This document shows, piece after piece, positions 62,521 through 64,000 of a stretch of DNA of 64,000 nucleotides. The first letter of the stretch is position 1, and every line of letters starts with the position of its first letter. The DNA comes from Amoebophrya sp. A120 (lineage: Eukaryota; Protista; Dinoflagellata). The notes below the pieces were generated by a model that saw nothing but the letters and a program-made list of their open reading frames with translations, ran no database searches and was not told the origin of the DNA. The stretch lies in NCBI GenBank assembly GCA_905178155.1, contig CAJINV010000005.1:612564-676563 (forward strand). The letters run 5' to 3'. A program made the position numbers and the translations under genes.

Positions 62521-63171
62521 TTATGCCGGCATCACCAAGTTATCTCCGATGAAAAAGGTAACCGCCGCCAAGGCTCGCAGTGTTATTATCAGATTTAGCA
62601 GCATGGAGTAGGCAACGCCGCCGGTGTCCAGCAAATACTGTGGCAACCTGAGCGCTACCGCGATCACAAACGAAAGTGCAAGTTTCCACACGTACTCATC
62701 GACCAACTGTGCTAGCACGTCCTCTTGCATCAAAATTTCCCACCTGCTCCGCTGTCGCCGGCTCTTCCGGTCGCCCGACACGGGAGGCTGGTGGTGATCT
62801 ACTCCCCGACTGGACGAACTGCCACTCCCCGCGCCAGGGCCACTGCCCAAAGCCTGACTGGACGAGCTGCTAAGCGTGGGGCTGGCGGCGCTCACGACCG
62901 CGGCCTGGCCTAGGCTGGCGTCCTGGAAGATCTTCCGCCGGCGCTTCTTTGCGGCTGCGGAATCGAGAAAAAGCTGCATGGAGGTCCACAGGGCCATGTC
63001 CAAGAAAAACCCGAGGAAGTACAACCCCTGCCGCACGTAGATCCACCAGCCGTACTGGTTCCATTCTTGCAACCAACGCACCTCCTCGGGATCCAGGTTG
63101 CTGTCCGCACGGGTTACCGGTTTGGGCTCTGATGGATTTCCATTTCGCATCGATTCGTGTACTATCTTCAT
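62521..63171 (-). CDS. Hypothetical membrane protein (3' exon)
   Basis: 216-aa ORF with several hydrophobic segments; upstream exons (63531-63968) unresolved. Confidence 0.5.
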   Translation of the reverse strand: MKIVHESMRNGNPSEPKPVTRADSNLDPEEVRWLQEWNQYGWWIYVRQGLYFLGFFLDMALWTSMQLFLDSAAAKKRRRKIFQDASLGQAAVVSAASPTLSSSSSQALGSGPGAGSGSSSSRGVDHHQPPVSGDRKSRRQRSRWEILMQEDVLAQLVDEYVWKLALSFVIAVALRLPQYLLDTGGVAYSMLLNLIITLRALAAVTFFIGDNLVMPA

Positions 63172-63322
63172 GATTTGACAAAGATTTTATCTTTTTGAAG
63201 ATGTTGCGCCAGCAACGTCTATGCGGAGCATGAGAGCTGGAGGTTCAAAGCAAGTATCAACATCCAAAAAGAAGTATGCAATACCGCATTGGATCTCTAA
63301 TTCGTGAAAGGAGACGCGGCTT

Positions 63323-63530
63323 TATCAAATGCAAACAGTTCTAGGTCGCGGAAGAGGCTGACTTTTATGTCATGAGGATATCTAATTGGCGGAGTGGGTA
63401 GGTGGCTCGTCATCTGCTGTGCTACCCTAAAATTTAGGCGCCTGCACGGTTTGACAAACAATGAACTCTTTCTATCACCATCACAAGTTTTTTCGCATTT
63501 TTGCAGACCCGGACACATTTGCAGTGGATA
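63323..63530. mobile_element. Degenerate F-like introner (208 bp), no TSD retained
   Basis: TATCAAATGCAAACAGTTCTAGGTCGCGGAAG...GCAGACCCGGACACATTTGCAGTGGATA; frame restoration not established. Confidence 0.55.
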
Positions 63531-64000
63531 TCCGAGTGGTCCCGACGATGTTTACTTCCCACCGATCCCCCTCGGTACTGTCCGGCCTTTTGGAAAGCAA
63601 CAAAATCTTCGCTCCAGCATGCACGATGGAGGTGCCAATATCCTTGCCGACGTGCGTACGACAAATATTCCCCGGGACATAGCCTGATCATACATTGACA
63701 TTTTTATTATTTTTTTCTTTATTATAGAATTTCAAAATGGACGAGGCATGTGCACTTATTGAGGATGCGCTATACAATCTTCTCTCCAGGAGCTTAGCAG
63801 AACAAACAACGCCACTATCTCTAATATACCTTTCTCGATCTTCTGTCTCTCCAAATCTTCCGCTTTTCTTCTCGCCAGCGTTGTCTCGTCGATCTTTTCG
63901 CTGTCTTCCGGTCGCAGCCCCAGCTTCTGGTCGAGCAGGTCGATGATCACCAGCAGGTCATTCGACAAGACTTTAAGCGACCGTTTTATGTCCTGGACAA

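Overview
Compact eukaryotic genomic DNA in which every gene I can support lies on the minus strand (about 14 genes). Products include a divergent kinesin-9-like motor, a GT-B fucosyltransferase-like protein, an SPX-domain protein with a ~2,300-aa Q/N/G/S-rich tail, an MFS-like membrane protein, a DUF4326 protein, an Sfi1-like repeat protein and a GLOD4-like glyoxalase. The dominant feature is 27 insertions of 134-868 bp inside coding sequence, plus one degenerate copy. They fall into about 10 families. Nearly all start TAT and end ATA, carry terminal inverted repeats (TIRs) and are flanked by 5-bp direct repeats (TSDs). They occur in both orientations, and only one can be read as GT-AG. Removing an element plus one direct repeat rejoined the reading frame in all 27 cases I translated by hand. 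This matches the non-canonical introner elements reported for the parasitic dinoflagellate Amoebophrya (Syndiniales); the taxon is my inference. Beyond that, the families share a positional end grammar and an internal GCAT(G/C/T)ACAA motif with a 1.1-kb intergenic MITE. The window also holds a fossil introner reduced to its termini, nested insertions inside introners (one SINE-like), mismatched TSDs usable to map the junction, a duplicated upstream region and a GC-rich island. No transposase, rRNA, tRNA or CRISPR array was seen. All coordinates were read by hand.
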